DNA of 62,592 nucleotides, the filler included, from Choristocarpus tenellus KU-1152 (Eukaryota; Protista; Phaeophyceae), in assembly GCA_964200185.2 (NCBI GenBank). It is 12 parts of 12 records of this genome, joined end to end, with 100 filler letters (N's around TTAATTAATTAA, not from the genome) between each part and the next. Parts side by side here need not be neighbours in the genome. Positions count along the whole stretch, not along the records: positions 24,219 to 26,768 come from CAXNAD020026854.1; positions 26,869 to 32,548 come from CAXNAD020010031.1; positions 32,649 to 38,052 come from CAXNAD020010897.1; 9 more parts are not named here. One strand, written 5' to 3'. The position numbers were made by a program, and so were the translations under genes. Numbering within the stretch: the stretch's first letter is position 1; every line of letters begins with the position of its first letter. This document shows, piece after piece, positions 24,219 to 36,729 of this stretch. The notes under the pieces were generated by a model. It was not told the DNA's origin, searched no databases, and worked only from the letters and a program-made list of their open reading frames with translations.

Positions 24219-24263
24219 GGAAGCCAAGCCCCAAATGGACAAACAGGGCAAAACTCGTACCCT
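24219..24263 (+). mobile_element. MITE family B end at contig start
   Basis: GGAAGCCAAGCCCCAAATGGACAAACAGGGCAAAACTCGTACCCT. Confidence 0.8.
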
Positions 24264-24274
24264 ATGCCTCCAAC

Positions 24275-25010
24275 TTAGCGTAGCTCTACACCCCCAGGCG
24301 AGAAGCTGGGGAAGCATCCCAAGAATCTGACAGGCCCCGCCTTGCCCATCTCCCTGGTGTCAACAGCTTAAAACGCATGACACGCCTTGTTAGAGTCACT
24401 TGAGTTGTGATGGACACTATATGTCATAAACGGGATTTGACAGCTCCTTTTCCTCCTGTAGCCTCCCGTCCCTCTCCCCCTTACCGTGTGCGTAGCCAAG
24501 TCATCCAGAAACCTTTCTGCTTGCTTACCGAGGCGCCCAAAACTTTCCACAGGGAAGGTGTCGAGGTTACAACTACGAGGGTCAAAATATAGCAGGTTTT
24601 CTATTGTTATACCGTTATCGCCGTATGACATATACCGTTATACCGATTGAGGTTTCCTTGTCGGGAATCCCTGATTCCAGAGGAGGGTCTTACAAATAAT
24701 TGAGGTGTGGAATCTTTGAAGAGATGAATCCTACAAGTAGTGGACATCTCTTCAACTCGAGATGTCACACAACAAAGATTCTTTTTTTGTCACATCTCGC
24801 CTTTCGTGATGATTCTCGTCTCAAAAGACTCATCATTCCACAATTTCCTACAAGACCTTGTAGTCTTCCACTTGCCAAAACGTTACCTCGTACTTTTGGT
24901 TATGGTTCGTCTTGGTCCGTCTGGTCCCTCTTGCCCAGTCAGTGATTCTCTTCACCACCCTTCCCTGAGTGCACCACACCGCCACAGAATCACACGATTC
25001 ATATTGGCGA
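24275..25010 (-). mobile_element. Degenerate CRE-like non-LTR retrotransposon (restriction-like endonuclease region)
   Basis: FDPRSCNLDTFPVESFGRLGKQAERFLDDLATH fits the E.FG.LG..A..F...LA motif. There are frameshifts, and other copies occur at 7255 and 19170. Confidence 0.7.
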
Positions 25011-26024
25011 CACCGCTGAGCTGAGAGTGACATGACGCACTCTCTCTGCCTCGATCGAGACTTGACATCCCCTTTCCTGCAATACCCCTCAGTCCAGTCC
25101 CTGTCCCCCCTACTGCATGGGTTCCCAATTCATCCAGGAAACTCTTTGCTTCGTTGTGTGCAAAATGTGAGAGGGTACAATATTAATGTCTGCTAAACCA
25201 GTGCTTGATATATCCCTTCAAGAACGCCACTTGATGAATCAAGATACACTTTGGTTGGTACAGCAAACCTGGTCTGGAACAAGGGAAAGGTCTCGAACAC
25301 ACTCATGTCTTGCATATGTTCGTTGGTATGTGTAAACACATCGCGACTTAATAAATCCACAACAAGAAGTAGTAATTAATCTTGGTATGAGTAAGGGGTT
25401 CTTCCACACTTAAGAAGTTCCGCTTCGTTTCCCACTTTTAATGATATACACAAAGAACAGTATAAACACAACATTGACAAACTTACACCCAACTTAGTTT
25501 TGTAGGAGAAAGTCCAAACATCCCATATCGAACAACATATCAATGTGATCAACAGAAAATACATCAAAATATTTAAGATACTACAGTAATAATATTATTC
25601 TACTATCGATATTAATTGACTTGATCCTCAGAATATATATTATTTTGAGATGTGTGAAGGTAGGATATATATAGTTGAATGACTGGTGTTACTGTAGGAA
25701 GAAAGGCCGATGTTTCTATCCAAGTTACAGTGGAAAAGAGGGAGTGAAGCAATGTCTTCTTGAAATAATGAAAGAAGGAATAGGAACATCATGATGTGAT
25801 CTTCCTCTCTCTCTCACCAACTACCGAATATTGCCTCCAACAACTCTAAAACCATCCCACATTTCGCCCTCTCTCCACATATCGTATATTAGGTAACGGT
25901 TACGAAGGGTCTCCTCATCGGCTATTCCCCAGGGTCCACTACATTGCGTGTACATGCCCGTTCTCCAACACTCTCTTCATCCTGGAGACCGTCCCGTGAG
26001 CGACGGTCATCTGGTCTTTTGTGC

Positions 26025-26597
26025 ATGAGTGGGCAGGCCTTTCGCGGCGTATGGTTTCCAATGGGCATTCCGTCTCGGCAGAGAGGATCAGGTGGCCAAG
26101 TTGGGGGTCACGGACCAACCAGTGCGAAAGGGAAGGGAGGTAGAGGGAGGGAAGAAGGTAAGGGACTGATGGCGGCAGTTATGGCATCAGCTTCGTTGCG
26201 GGGAGGTTCAGCCTTGGCGGACGAGCAGCTGAGTGACAGCGAAAGTGACGACGACGAGGACGAAATATTGTTGCCCACAAGAACGTTAGCACGGAATATC
26301 TTCCTCCCTGCTCCAGAAGGAGATAAAAGCGAAGGTGACATGGGGGTTGCTGACGCTGAAGGAGACCCTAACGCCTTGGATTCCTCCTCAGAAGATGATG
26401 CGGAACCAAAGAGGGGATCAAGGTTGCTTGCGTGGGGCGCACGTGGAAAGGAAAGTGCAAGTGAGGGGCATGGCTGTGGTTTATTGAGAAGAATTGAGAG
26501 AGATCGTGCGATGCTCGAGCTAGAAAGAAAAAGAAGAGCTGAAAAGGATCGAGATATGGAGATGTTACCCAACAGACTCGCAGCTGTGGCTGCCAAG
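26025..26597 (+). CDS. Large exon of an unknown low-complexity acidic/coiled-coil protein (5' boundary uncertain)
   Basis: Long open frame with SDSESDDDEDE and LLRRIERDRAMLELERKRRAEK, ending at AAG|gtgact. Confidence 0.55.
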
Positions 26598-26635
26598 GTG
26601 ACTGATATACTCTTTGTCAAGAACCGGTCAAGATT

Positions 26636-26768
26636 GGGTCAAAGTATCTGGGGGTGTCGGCGTCCGTTTTTCACCCTTTTTCGATTTTCACTTTTTTGGT
26701 GTGATTTGGTCGCACGTGTCGAATTTAAAATGTCAACAAAAAAAATAATTGTTTGACTGAAACGGGCG
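26636..26768 (+). mobile_element. MITE family A2, truncated by gap
   Basis: GGGTCAAAGTATCTGGGGG.GTCGGCGTCCGTTTTTCACCC matches 18494. Confidence 0.85.
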
Positions 26769-26868
26769 NNNNNNNNNNNNNNNNNNNNNNNNNNNNNNNN
26801 NNNNNNNNNNNNTTAATTAATTAANNNNNNNNNNNNNNNNNNNNNNNNNNNNNNNNNNNNNNNNNNNN

Positions 26869-27054
26869 GGCGGTGGTGGGGGGGGGGGGGGGCGCGGAGG
26901 CCAGTTCCTCCAGGGTGTCCATTTGGGCCCTGACCAGGAAAAGTGCACTTGCATTATCCATCCGACACATGGAACCAAATCACCCTAAAATCGTAACATG
27001 GAAAATTGGGCCCCAAATGGACAGTCGCCAACCCCCCCTCAGATACTTTGAGCC
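26869..27054 (+). mobile_element. MITE family A at contig start
   Basis: CCAGGGTGTCCATTTGG...CCAAATGGACAG...CAGATACTTTGAGCC. Confidence 0.85.
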
Positions 27055-27353
27055 AGCACATATACACGCAGACACTGTAGCTATTTTGTTTTCGGGGATT
27101 TGGAAGCAATTTGTGTAGACTTGTGAATAAGTTGCTGGTGTGCATTCTGTGCATAGCTGTGTGATCGATACCTTGTGATGGTGAAATTGCACTCCGTCAA
27201 ACAATATGCTGACCTTATCTAAGAAAGGGCTCCGCACTGGCTTGCAAATCTCATATCCCTATTGAGTGTACAACTATCGCGTCCAAGGGAGACCCTGCAC
27301 CATACCTCTGTCAAAAAACAAGAAAAAGAAGTCTTCTTTTTCAAATATGTTCT

Positions 27354-27612
27354 GAGCCAAAGTATCTTAGAGGGTAGAGCCGTGTCCATTTTGGGGCCAA
27401 TATCCAATGTTGCTATTTTTGAAGCAATTTTGGCATTGTGTTTGTTAGGAAGTGTCAATATCTATGTTTTGGACACACCTTTCATAATATATTCACTTTA
27501 CCTACTCCTAAACATTTTGGAGTAGGAAAATGTCATAAAAAGAACCCATGGGAAGCCAAGCCCCAAATGGACAAACAGGGCAAATCTCGTCCCCTCTAAG
27601 ATAATTTTACTA
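27354..27612 (+). mobile_element. MITE family B, full length
   Basis: GAGCCAAAGTATCTTAGAGGG...CCCTCTAAGATAATTTTACT, with subterminal GTCCATTTT and CCAAATGGAC. Confidence 0.88.
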
Positions 27613-27632
27613 TCCAACAGAACCTAAGTCGA

Positions 27633-27811
27633 GACCCGAAGTATCTTGGAGGGGGGGGGGGTCTACACCAAGGTGTCCATTTCGACCAAAATCAGGAAAA
27701 GTGTAATTACATTATCCATCCGACGTATACAACCAAATCACCCAAAAATCGCGACATGAAAAAAATGATCCCAAATGGACAGCCGCCACCCCCTCCCAGA
27801 TACTTTGAACC
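27633..27811 (+). mobile_element. MITE family A, full length (179 bp)
   Basis: GACCCGAAGTATCT...AGATACTTTGAACC; flanked CGA/CGA. Confidence 0.88.
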
Positions 27812-27866
27812 CGAGATGTAAGAGGACAGACACACTGACTGACATCATGGATCGCCCTTTGGCTAG

Positions 27867-30708
27867 GTCGCTCATGAGCCTGGGAAACGTGATCACAGCA
27901 CTCTCCGAAGGGAGGACGGGGCACATTCCGTACAGGGACTCGACACTCACACGCCTCCTCCAGGCAAGATACACACAAGAAGTTGAAGGAGTTTGTTGGT
28001 TGAAGAAAGTTGCATTCGTGGGGTGTGTCTGCCTATCGCATTTCTACACCACTATACTTCAAGGTTTGGAGTAGTAATAACCTCAATGCAACACTGCGAT
28101 CAGGGGTCACCCTCCCTACCCCTCTCCATACCGCCCTAACCCTAACCCAATGGCCGATGTCTATCATTCTAGCAGGAGTCACTGGGGGGTAATGCACAGA
28201 CCCTCATGATGGCTGCTATATCTCCAGCGGACTACAACTATGATGAGACTCTGGGCACCCTCAGGTGATGTTTGTGGTATGGCCTACCCAAGAGGCTTGC
28301 TTACCCTCCTCCTGAGATTGGTCATGTGGTCCTCGCAGCTGGTAGTCGACATCTTGCCATACTTTGTACAAATAAATAAAAAACTAACCTCCCAGACCTT
28401 CTCTTTTTTTGAAGGGTTTTAAGATTGCCTCGTGTAATTAAGCATTTTTTTTCTCGTATTTTTTTCTTTTTTGAAACATGAGAGCGGTGCACTCTCCAGT
28501 ACAAGCAAAAAAAAAGAAGTAAGAAAGAGTGCTTGGAATGTGTGAGTCTTTTATACCTCTTCTCCACGGGTGTGTGTGTGTGTGTGTGTGTGTGCCTGAG
28601 TTCAACGGAATGTGCTTGTACCCACCAATATCATATATCACATACCATATATCATACGTCATATATCGTACACCATATGTCATGTATCACGTATCACATA
28701 CTATATATATATACTGTATATTATATATATTCTCAGCTTCTTTTTTGTATCTCAACCCTTTATTCAAGCCCTTTCCAGCGATATTAACATTAATTCTTCA
28801 AAATCATACAAAAAAAAGAGGTTGAAGACTCAATCTTGAACTCCGATTTCCTTACTGCCGAAACAAGAAATGCAGTGGTTTTGCAGGCTGAGATTACAAT
28901 ACTATCTCGAAAAAATATATATTGTTTTTGTTTATACTTGAAGTTCAATTTGCAAGGTCAGTCACTCCACTCCAAAAACTAACATTCTCTTGAGAGCACG
29001 AGAATTGATTATCTCCCCGAGAGACACTTGTCTCCTATCACCTTCTCCTAGATTACCTGAAAGTGCATATGCACAAATGAAGAAAAATGGAAAGAAAAAT
29101 GGCATGGTGCAATGTGTGTACTGACAGATTTCTTTTTATTCTACTGCAACCCTTTTTCGTCAAAGTTTTGTTTTAATTGGCAAATGGTGTTGCACACCTA
29201 TGTAAAATAGGTAAGTATGGTCAGAACATTTTTTGGGGTGTGATGGATACCTATCCTCCATACATATATACCTTCAAAAACGTTCTTCATCAACTGAGTA
29301 TACTTGGTCATGCTTGGACATACTTGGACATACTTGATCATACCTAGTCATATTTATTCATACTTAGTCATAACTTGTCACACCTAGTCATAAGGAGTTA
29401 TACCTAGACATACCTAGTCATACCTAGTCGTACTTAGTCATACCTAGTCGTACTTAGTCATACCTAGTAATATATAGTCATACTTAGTCATAACTTGTCA
29501 TACCTAGTCATACCTAGTCATACTTAGTCATAACTAGTCATACCTAGTAATACCTAGTCAACAACAGGAGCACACACCTTCACCAACAGCATTAAAATGT
29601 GGTTCTTATAACAAAAAAAAATATCAACACTAAATTATTATCTATATTAAGGCTGAATGGTTAGGGAGAAGGAATATGATACCCTGAAGGAAAATAGAAA
29701 CAGATAAGACCTGAGAGGAAGAAGGCTGGATATAAACAAGAGCAGGTGTTATCTGTTACCTTTACATACCTTTTTTTGTCCTCCATTAGAAATGACAAGT
29801 GCAGGACCAATATAGCACCTTTTTCCACTTTTCACCTTTTTTTGTTCCAAACGCATTCCTTCCCGTTCTTTGCAATTGTGGGATTACCCGCTTTGAGCCT
29901 AATTTTATTTATTAAATAAGATTTGAACCGATAGAATACCAAGATGTTGATTGGTCAGATCGCACAACCGTGCATAAGGTGACTCATTTTCATCATTTTG
30001 GGCTCAAAGTATCTAGGGAGGGGGGGTGGGGGGGGGAAGCTGTCCATTTGCGGTCAATTTTTTCATGTCGTGATTTTTGTGAGATTTGGTTGCATATGTC
30101 GGATGGATAACGTAAATGGACACCCTGGGGTAGACCCCACTCCTACCCCCAGATACTTTGGGTCTTTGGGGCTGTATATTGACACTGTTATTATTCTCAA
30201 CATTAATATCCTTGTCAATGGCATTGGTATCAGTATCATTATCATATAATCAATACCATTGTCATTACTATTTTGTCAAACTATTATCATTGTCATCGCC
30301 TTTAATATTATTTTAATTATCCTAATGCCCATTACTTTCAATGTTATCAATGTCACCAATGTTGCCAATATGAGGAATCCTTGCATCTGCCATCAGGAAT
30401 GTACCCATATCATATTCTCACCCATCACACATATCATATCATATCATATCATATCATATCATATCACGCATCAGGTATGCCCATCGGGCCAAGAGCATCG
30501 AGAACTCTGTGAAGAGGAATGAGGATGTTAATGAGCGGATGATAAGAGAGCTGAAAGAGGAGATAGAAAAGCTGAGACAGCAGCTCGCAAATGAGTCCAG
30601 AACAGAACAGCGAAAGAGCAGTGTTAGTGAACTACAGGTTAGCTACCTCAGGGGAAAAAACAACTAGGTACAGAGACAACAAACTGCCTGCCCACCATGC
30701 AGTAATAA

Positions 30709-30746
<38 letters not shown>

Positions 30747-32061
30747 AATAGTAGTAGTTAGTTGGCTTAGTGGCAATGTTGTGTTGGTCTGCTTCACTCA
30801 GAGACAAAAAAGGGTACAACTCATGTAGCACATTTGTACCCAAGGTGATGTTCTGGGTGTGTGGGGTGATGCTGACTGGCGGATCGACTTCAGTATCGAT
30901 TTTCTCCTTTTTTTCAGTCTCGTTTCAGAGCTGATTTTTTTTTTGAAGGTACAAAGGGCACAATGTAAAAAAGGTACAAGGTACAAAGGGCACAAGGTAC
31001 AAAGGGCACAAGGTGTCAAACGTAAAAGGTACAATGTACAAAAAGGTACAATGTACAAAAGGTACAGTGTACAAAAAGGTACAATGTACAAAAGGTACAG
31101 TGTACAAAAAGGTACAATGTACAAAAAGGTACAAGGAACGAAGGGAGCCAAGTACCACACCTTTGGTACTTCTCTGCTGGAGTTCAGGATGTTTTCAAGA
31201 GATTTTCTGTGTACCAGCATGATCACCCTTGCAGACCAGAGCACGGGTATAGGGTAGAACCGTGGGCTAACACTTACATTGGGACACTACACTACTATCA
31301 AATGACGAAAAAAAAATGGCACTGAAAACAAAGCATCAATGCCACCCGGATCGAAAGGAATGTATGCAGGACTGAAAAGTGACTGAAGTGTTCGGTATGA
31401 TTCTGGCCTTCAATATACAGGTGGAACAATCAACCGTTTGGTTTCTAGACTACTATATTAGAATAATTGCTATTCATAGGACGGCAGAAGAGGACATCAA
31501 ATTATTCTACTATCACAAGACTCCCTGGCATTGATACCAGTTCTATTTTTAACTTGTTTTTCCCCCTCACAAAAATTTAAGTGCAGCATATGCAATAAGC
31601 AGATACCACATCCTTCCCATTATATTGATCACCGATTACCACTCTACAATAAAAAAACGGTATCTAGCTACTCTTCCACGCCAACTCCGGCTAAGCTCAT
31701 TCATCAATCTGGCAATGCCATCCGAATCCCTCTTATCTTCTGTACCGCCAAGGTCTTTTGGCTCAAAGTATCCCCCCCCCCCCTCCCAGATACTTTGGGT
31801 CTTTTGCAAAAAAAAAGAAGCACCAAAGAAGAACAGAACCTTAATTATTTCCATCCAGAACCTTACTTGTCTTCAACCAGAACCTTACTTGTCTTCAGTC
31901 AGAACCCTTCCCCTTTTTTTATCTTTATTTTTGGCATGATACCACAGTCCAGAATGGAAGAGCTCACGTCGGCACAGCAAAGCACGTGGGAAGAGAAGGA
32001 GAAACTATCAGAACAGCTAGAGATTGAGCGCCAGAATAACGTCAACGCAGCAATCGGACAG
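27867..32061 (+). CDS. Kinesin (kinesin-3-like) motor C-terminus and neck; exons 27867-27963, 28176-28264, 30475-30637, 31948-32061
   Basis: [87 protein letters not shown]..-TWEEK. All junctions are in phase; the first intron is GC-AG. Confidence 0.95.
29299..29560. repeat. Intronic 10-bp minisatellite (TAC[C/T]TAGTCA)n, ~26 units
   Basis: Visible tandem array. Confidence 0.95.
30001..30164 (-). mobile_element. MITE family A, full length, in a kinesin intron
   Basis: GGCTCAAAGTATCT...AGATACTTTGGGTC; flanked TTTG/TTTG. Confidence 0.88.
30946..31135. repeat. Intronic minisatellite (AAAAGGTACAATGTAC-type units)
   Basis: Tandem GGTACAA/GTACAAAA units; these explain the repetitive spurious ORFs here. 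Confidence 0.9.
31760..31801. mobile_element. 42-bp minimal MITE-A derivative (TIRs plus poly-C only)
   Basis: GGCTCAAAGTATC-polyC-AGATACTTTGGGTC; flanked TTTT/TTTT. Confidence 0.75.
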
Positions 32062-32386
32062 GTATGCTTACTGGTGTAGGGTTAGAGTTGGGGTTAGGGT
32101 TAGGGAGACAGTGGTGCGTTTGTTTTCGATTTGTAAAGGCCAGGTTTAACGTTTGTGTGTGTGTGTGTGTGTTGTTGTTAGCTTTTGGCGATGAGATCGA
32201 GGGCGAGACCAAACCATGGTGTTGCCAGTGGCAAAGAGAGAGGTGAGAGCATCGCCCCAAAGCTTTGTTCTAAGTGACAAACCTTTTTTCACTCGTCACT
32301 GAAATAGAAACAGGTTTGGGTGCATTAGAAGTTTCCCTACGCCCTAATCCTAGCTCTCAAAATTCTATGTTGTATTGAAGAACTCT

Positions 32387-32548
32387 GGCTGAAAGTATCT
32401 GGGGGTGTGTGTGTGTGTGACAGCAGTTTATTTAGGGTCAATATTCTCATGTCGCGTTTTTTGGTGAGTTGGTTCCATACGTCAGATAGATAATCTAAGT
32501 GCACTTTTCCTGGTTATGGCCCAAATGGACACCCTGGCGTAGACCCCC
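32387..32548 (-). mobile_element. MITE family A, truncated by gap
   Basis: GGCTGAAAGTATCTGGGGG...CCAAATGGACACCCTGGCGTAGACCCCC. Confidence 0.85.
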
Positions 32549-33151
32549 NNNNNNNNNNNNNNNNNNNNNNNNNNNNNNNNNNNNNNNNNNNNTTAATTAA
32601 TTAANNNNNNNNNNNNNNNNNNNNNNNNNNNNNNNNNNNNNNNNNNNNAAATGACACATAGGCGTGTTTTGTGGTTGCACCGGGTGCTGCACACCTGCAT
32701 ACCAACAATGCCAGGACCCCCCCCCCCCCCCATCCCACCCCTAACCCCACCATCTACTCTATCAAAGGATCTTTCAACACCTTGGAAACACTTAAGCTGA
32801 GAAAATGCAAGGGGCTCAGCCCACACATAAGTGGAAGAAGTATTGAGGATGAAAATGCAATGTCGTTTTCCTCAAGAATCGTGAGCCAAACCTGCATCAC
32901 AACACTAAACTTCACCTCCTATTGAGGACGCAACAAAAAAATGACTTTGCACAAGATTATAAGTCAAATGCGCAAAACAACATCAAAACCGTTTCACCTC
33001 TTCCCTCGCACCATTGGCGGTCTTCCTCCACATCTATTGCCCTTACTCCAAAATCTGCTTCCCACCCACCTAACCCTAACCCCAACCCGAAACAACTCGC
33101 CCATGAGCACAACCCTGGACAAGCTTGCAAATTCCTGCTGGACTCACTTAC

Positions 33152-34062
33152 CGTTCATAGTATTTGCATAGGAGGCGTTGTAAAAGTGTTGCGATCCCAA
33201 TCCAGAGGCAGTCATAGAGTCATCCGCGTGCGAAGTTGATGTCCACATAGCATCATCGCCATCTGCAAACGATCGTCCATCGAGAGAGAATTCATCTGAC
33301 ATTACCTACGTTACAGGCATGGTCCGGCATCAAAAGGGGGGACGATATATAGGAAAAATTAAGGGTTCTGTGAGGGTTGGTTGGTGTGGAGTGGAGAGCT
33401 TGATGTGCATTATAGTGGAGGTTAAAATTGAAAGGGATTGGGCAATCTGTGGAGTATGGTGTAAGCGCTGGCTACGAAGCTCACGTAAGAACTTGGAGGT
33501 TCGTTTATATGCCTCTGGCGAAGCGACTTGTGCAACCTGTCTCCAAAAGGGTGCTTTGGTCTCTAGTCACGGTAAGGCACCCACGTCACCCCACCAGATT
33601 CATAAAGTAAATATGCTTCAGGCATGGAGGTGAAAAAATTCGAGACAGGGGCAGAGACAGAGACAGACAGAGAGAGATTGAGGAACCCACGTACTCAAGG
33701 ATAAGACTAGGGTAGTCTGACCACACAGCACAGCAAATAATGACGAGTTGGGGCAATGGCTCTGAGGTGGGTATTGTGCATTGGCGACGCACCCACATGG
33801 TTCGCACGGAGTTAACTTGCACAGCAATCATGAATCAACATCCCTTAACGCGTCGTTGTGCCTCGCCGACCTTCTCTGTTCTCACCAATGTGTACTCCCT
33901 CCCATCCTCCAACGACAAAATTGTCTTGTCCTCTTCCCTTGTATCGCTATCCACCCAACTTCCATGACCTTGGCTGGTGCAAAGTAGAACCGTCACCAGT
34001 GAAAAATAAACCACCAACATATCTGGCAGCCGTCGCCGGTATCTAGGCTGTTGAGATGACAT
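33152..34062 (-). CDS. KRE6/SKN1-like GH16 beta-glucan synthesis-associated protein, first two exons (34062-33886 and 33305-33152)
   Basis: Hydrophobic N-terminus (MLVVYFSLVTVLLC), then WVDSDT..GREYTL-VMSDEFSLDGRSFADGDDAMWT...FYNAS..T.NG, the SKN1-type L(V)xSDEF..DGRxF.xGxD..W motif. GT-AG junction is in phase. Confidence 0.85.
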
Positions 34063-34959
34063 CCTCCAATCCCCACGAACACACAACGCACGCTAGCGAT
34101 CTTGATTCAAGTTACTGGTTACTTCCGCCCACTCAGCGTGGACAAGGTGACGAGCACCGATCCTGAAACACGCCCCTTCGCAGTGTACGATTATTGCGAG
34201 GCTTCAAAGGTCTTGTTGGGAGATTCTCTCTGTGTACTCACAGTCCCTAGGCTTAGAGCAAGTATGGTCGATGTCAAATCAAACTTGACAAGCGATAGAT
34301 GGAGTGACATGCATCAAGAGGCGTCGCCCAGAAATGGATCTCACTATGCACGCTGGACCAATAAGATGGAGGGAATAAAACCATGTATAGGATCTTGTGT
34401 AAAGGTTAATGAGTTTCCACACTTAGAACTAGTTTTGTGATCACAACGTGATTCGCAACGCGGAGAACACGAACAACAAAGACATCATTCTTCGAACACC
34501 AATCAACTCTGACCAACCATACTTCCCTCCTCAATGCCCTACAGAAAACACATCCGTATATGCATCAACGTTCTTTCGTTCAAGAGTTCAACAACGTAAA
34601 CAGTATTCACATGTGTCGGGTTGCAGTTTTATTATTCTCAAGTAAGACGCATTGTTGATTGACTTTTGGGAGGAGTGACGTGCCCGATTCCGTGCCATGA
34701 TTTATAATACCAATCGTGGGATATAGTGGCCAGAAATGCCTTGAAATGGACACACATGCTCATCCAGGACGAATCTTTTTCTGCGATAGTCAAGACCAGC
34801 GAAAGTGGGGGTGCCATTTTTTCGTTTTCTGGTTCACATTAGTCAATCTCAACGCTAAAAGCACTAAACCCCTCGATGAAAGGCACGTCTGCATGGCACT
34901 CGGCGATGAACCAACCCTCGTGGATGTGGCGTAAGCAATTTGCCCCTGGTAGTAAGTAA

Positions 34960-36170
34960 GTAGGCGATGGGACTAGATTTCCGACCAGAAGGCCTGGAAC
35001 ATGATCTCAACGAGGACGAGATTATGCTGAAGAGTTTCCACAAGATCGTGTCGTTTGTGCGGCACCAGGACGATGCACAACAGAATTGGAAGGATGCTGT
35101 CATCAAGGTGCTCTGCAACAAGAAGGATTTATTTGGCTGGCTGTGGCAGCTATAGAGTAATCTCATTGATGTGCCACCTGCTGACGAAGTGCCTCTTAAG
35201 GTTGTCTCACAACGACTGAGAGAGCTTTCCTAGAACGGGGAGTTGTTTCCAGCCTCAACTCTCCCAAGTGGACATGGTGTACACCATACGTGCCCTCCCG
35301 GAACTTGGATAGAAGAGGGGAGGCAACCCTGTTCGTGTGTTTTTAATGACCTGGAGAAGGCTAATAATGACTGTTGACTACGATCTCCTGTGGGTCGTGC
35401 CTTGATAAGTTCTGTGTATCAGAGAGGATCGTACCAGTCGTTTCCCCTTTCCTGACTGGAATACAGTTGTCCACACTGATGGTGGAGAGTGTATTATGAA
35501 GTTTGAGTTCAGGCAAGGCCATCGTAAGGATGTGTTCTTGCCACCATCCTCTTCAACATCTTCAGTGAAGTGCTAAGCATAATGGATCAAAAGTTCAACA
35601 CTGACCTAGTTGTCTCTAAGGAACTTACTGTCATCAAGAGAGTCAAGAAAAACAGACAGGTCGGAGAGGAGTAGCAGGGAGTGGGTTGAACTTTGAGCGG
35701 CATGTGTGGTGTATTATGCTGTATGCTGATAATGCGCGTGTTGCATCCAAGAGACTCAAGAATAGCTTGGCCAGAAAACCAACTCTGACTGTGAAGCTGA
35801 CTGGGGCATCCGTGCTGACGATGCCTGAGCTCCAGGGAGAAACCGTACGCCTTGGACCTCCTAACAACCAAGCAGAATAAATGCAGATCCGGTCTTACAT
35901 CCAGGCTACAACCAGACTAGCAAGTTTGTTTGCTTTGGAGGTTCCATCAGTGATGATGATGATAGCACTACAGAGAGCAGTCAAAAGGTGCAAATTCTTG
36001 GGGCTGCTTCCGTTGAGTACAGCCAAGTAGTTCATGACAGACCTACAGGGGTATCACTTGAGCTGAAGACCTGAACGCTGAACGCCAAAGTATTTGAAGT
36101 CCTGTCATGTGATTTTGTCACATGGACACTCCTATAGGGTCCGCCATGTTAAAGCTCTAGTCCTACCATC
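34960..36170 (+). mobile_element. Degenerate RTE-like LINE reverse transcriptase
   Basis: Remnant motifs WKDAVIKVL..KKD, VDMVYTIR.L.EL, DLEKA, LFNIF and MLYADN, with many stops and frameshifts. Confidence 0.8.
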
Positions 36171-36729
36171 ACGAAGTTTGCTATTTTATGGTATATTTTT
36201 CTTGGGTTTGATGAGTGATGTTTAGATGAATGGATTGGATGTGACTCTGATTTTCTCACTTTTTTCCATCTGGAACTTGGGGACGTTGGCAGTCCCACGA
36301 TAATGTTTTGGTGCCGGCTATTGGGTGCTAGTGAGTAGTGTATCCTATAAAGTTACATTGAGTATTTCCCTTTCCTTCTTCATTCTTGTCTCTGTGTTGA
36401 TATGTCACAGGCGATATGTCTTGATGGCGGTTTCATAAACACCATTATGACATTGAAGTTCGAGATTTGATATATTTGTACCTCTTGATTATTTATTTAT
36501 TGTTTGGTCATTATGGTCCCCGATTGTGATCGACATTGTTGATCAGTCCCTTTTTTATACCATGATTTTTACGATAATCCAAGTGAGAGACCCAGCATAC
36601 TTGACGACTTGTGCATCAGGAGTCCTATACCTACATCAGTATCATCTATAAGACCGTGGATTGGAGCTATACAACCTGTGGAGGTGAGCATCGAGGGGCG
36701 CCTGTAACATGGAGGTCCTACCGAGACTT

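Noticed and set aside
26108-26620. 170-aa minus-strand ORF
   Set aside because: Antisense shadow of the plus-strand exon; Ser/Leu-rich composition typical of such shadows.
29299-31135. Regular short repeats that could suggest a CRISPR array, and the repetitive ORFs at 30798-31257
   Set aside because: Head-to-tail minisatellites without unique spacers, inside kinesin introns; no cas genes.
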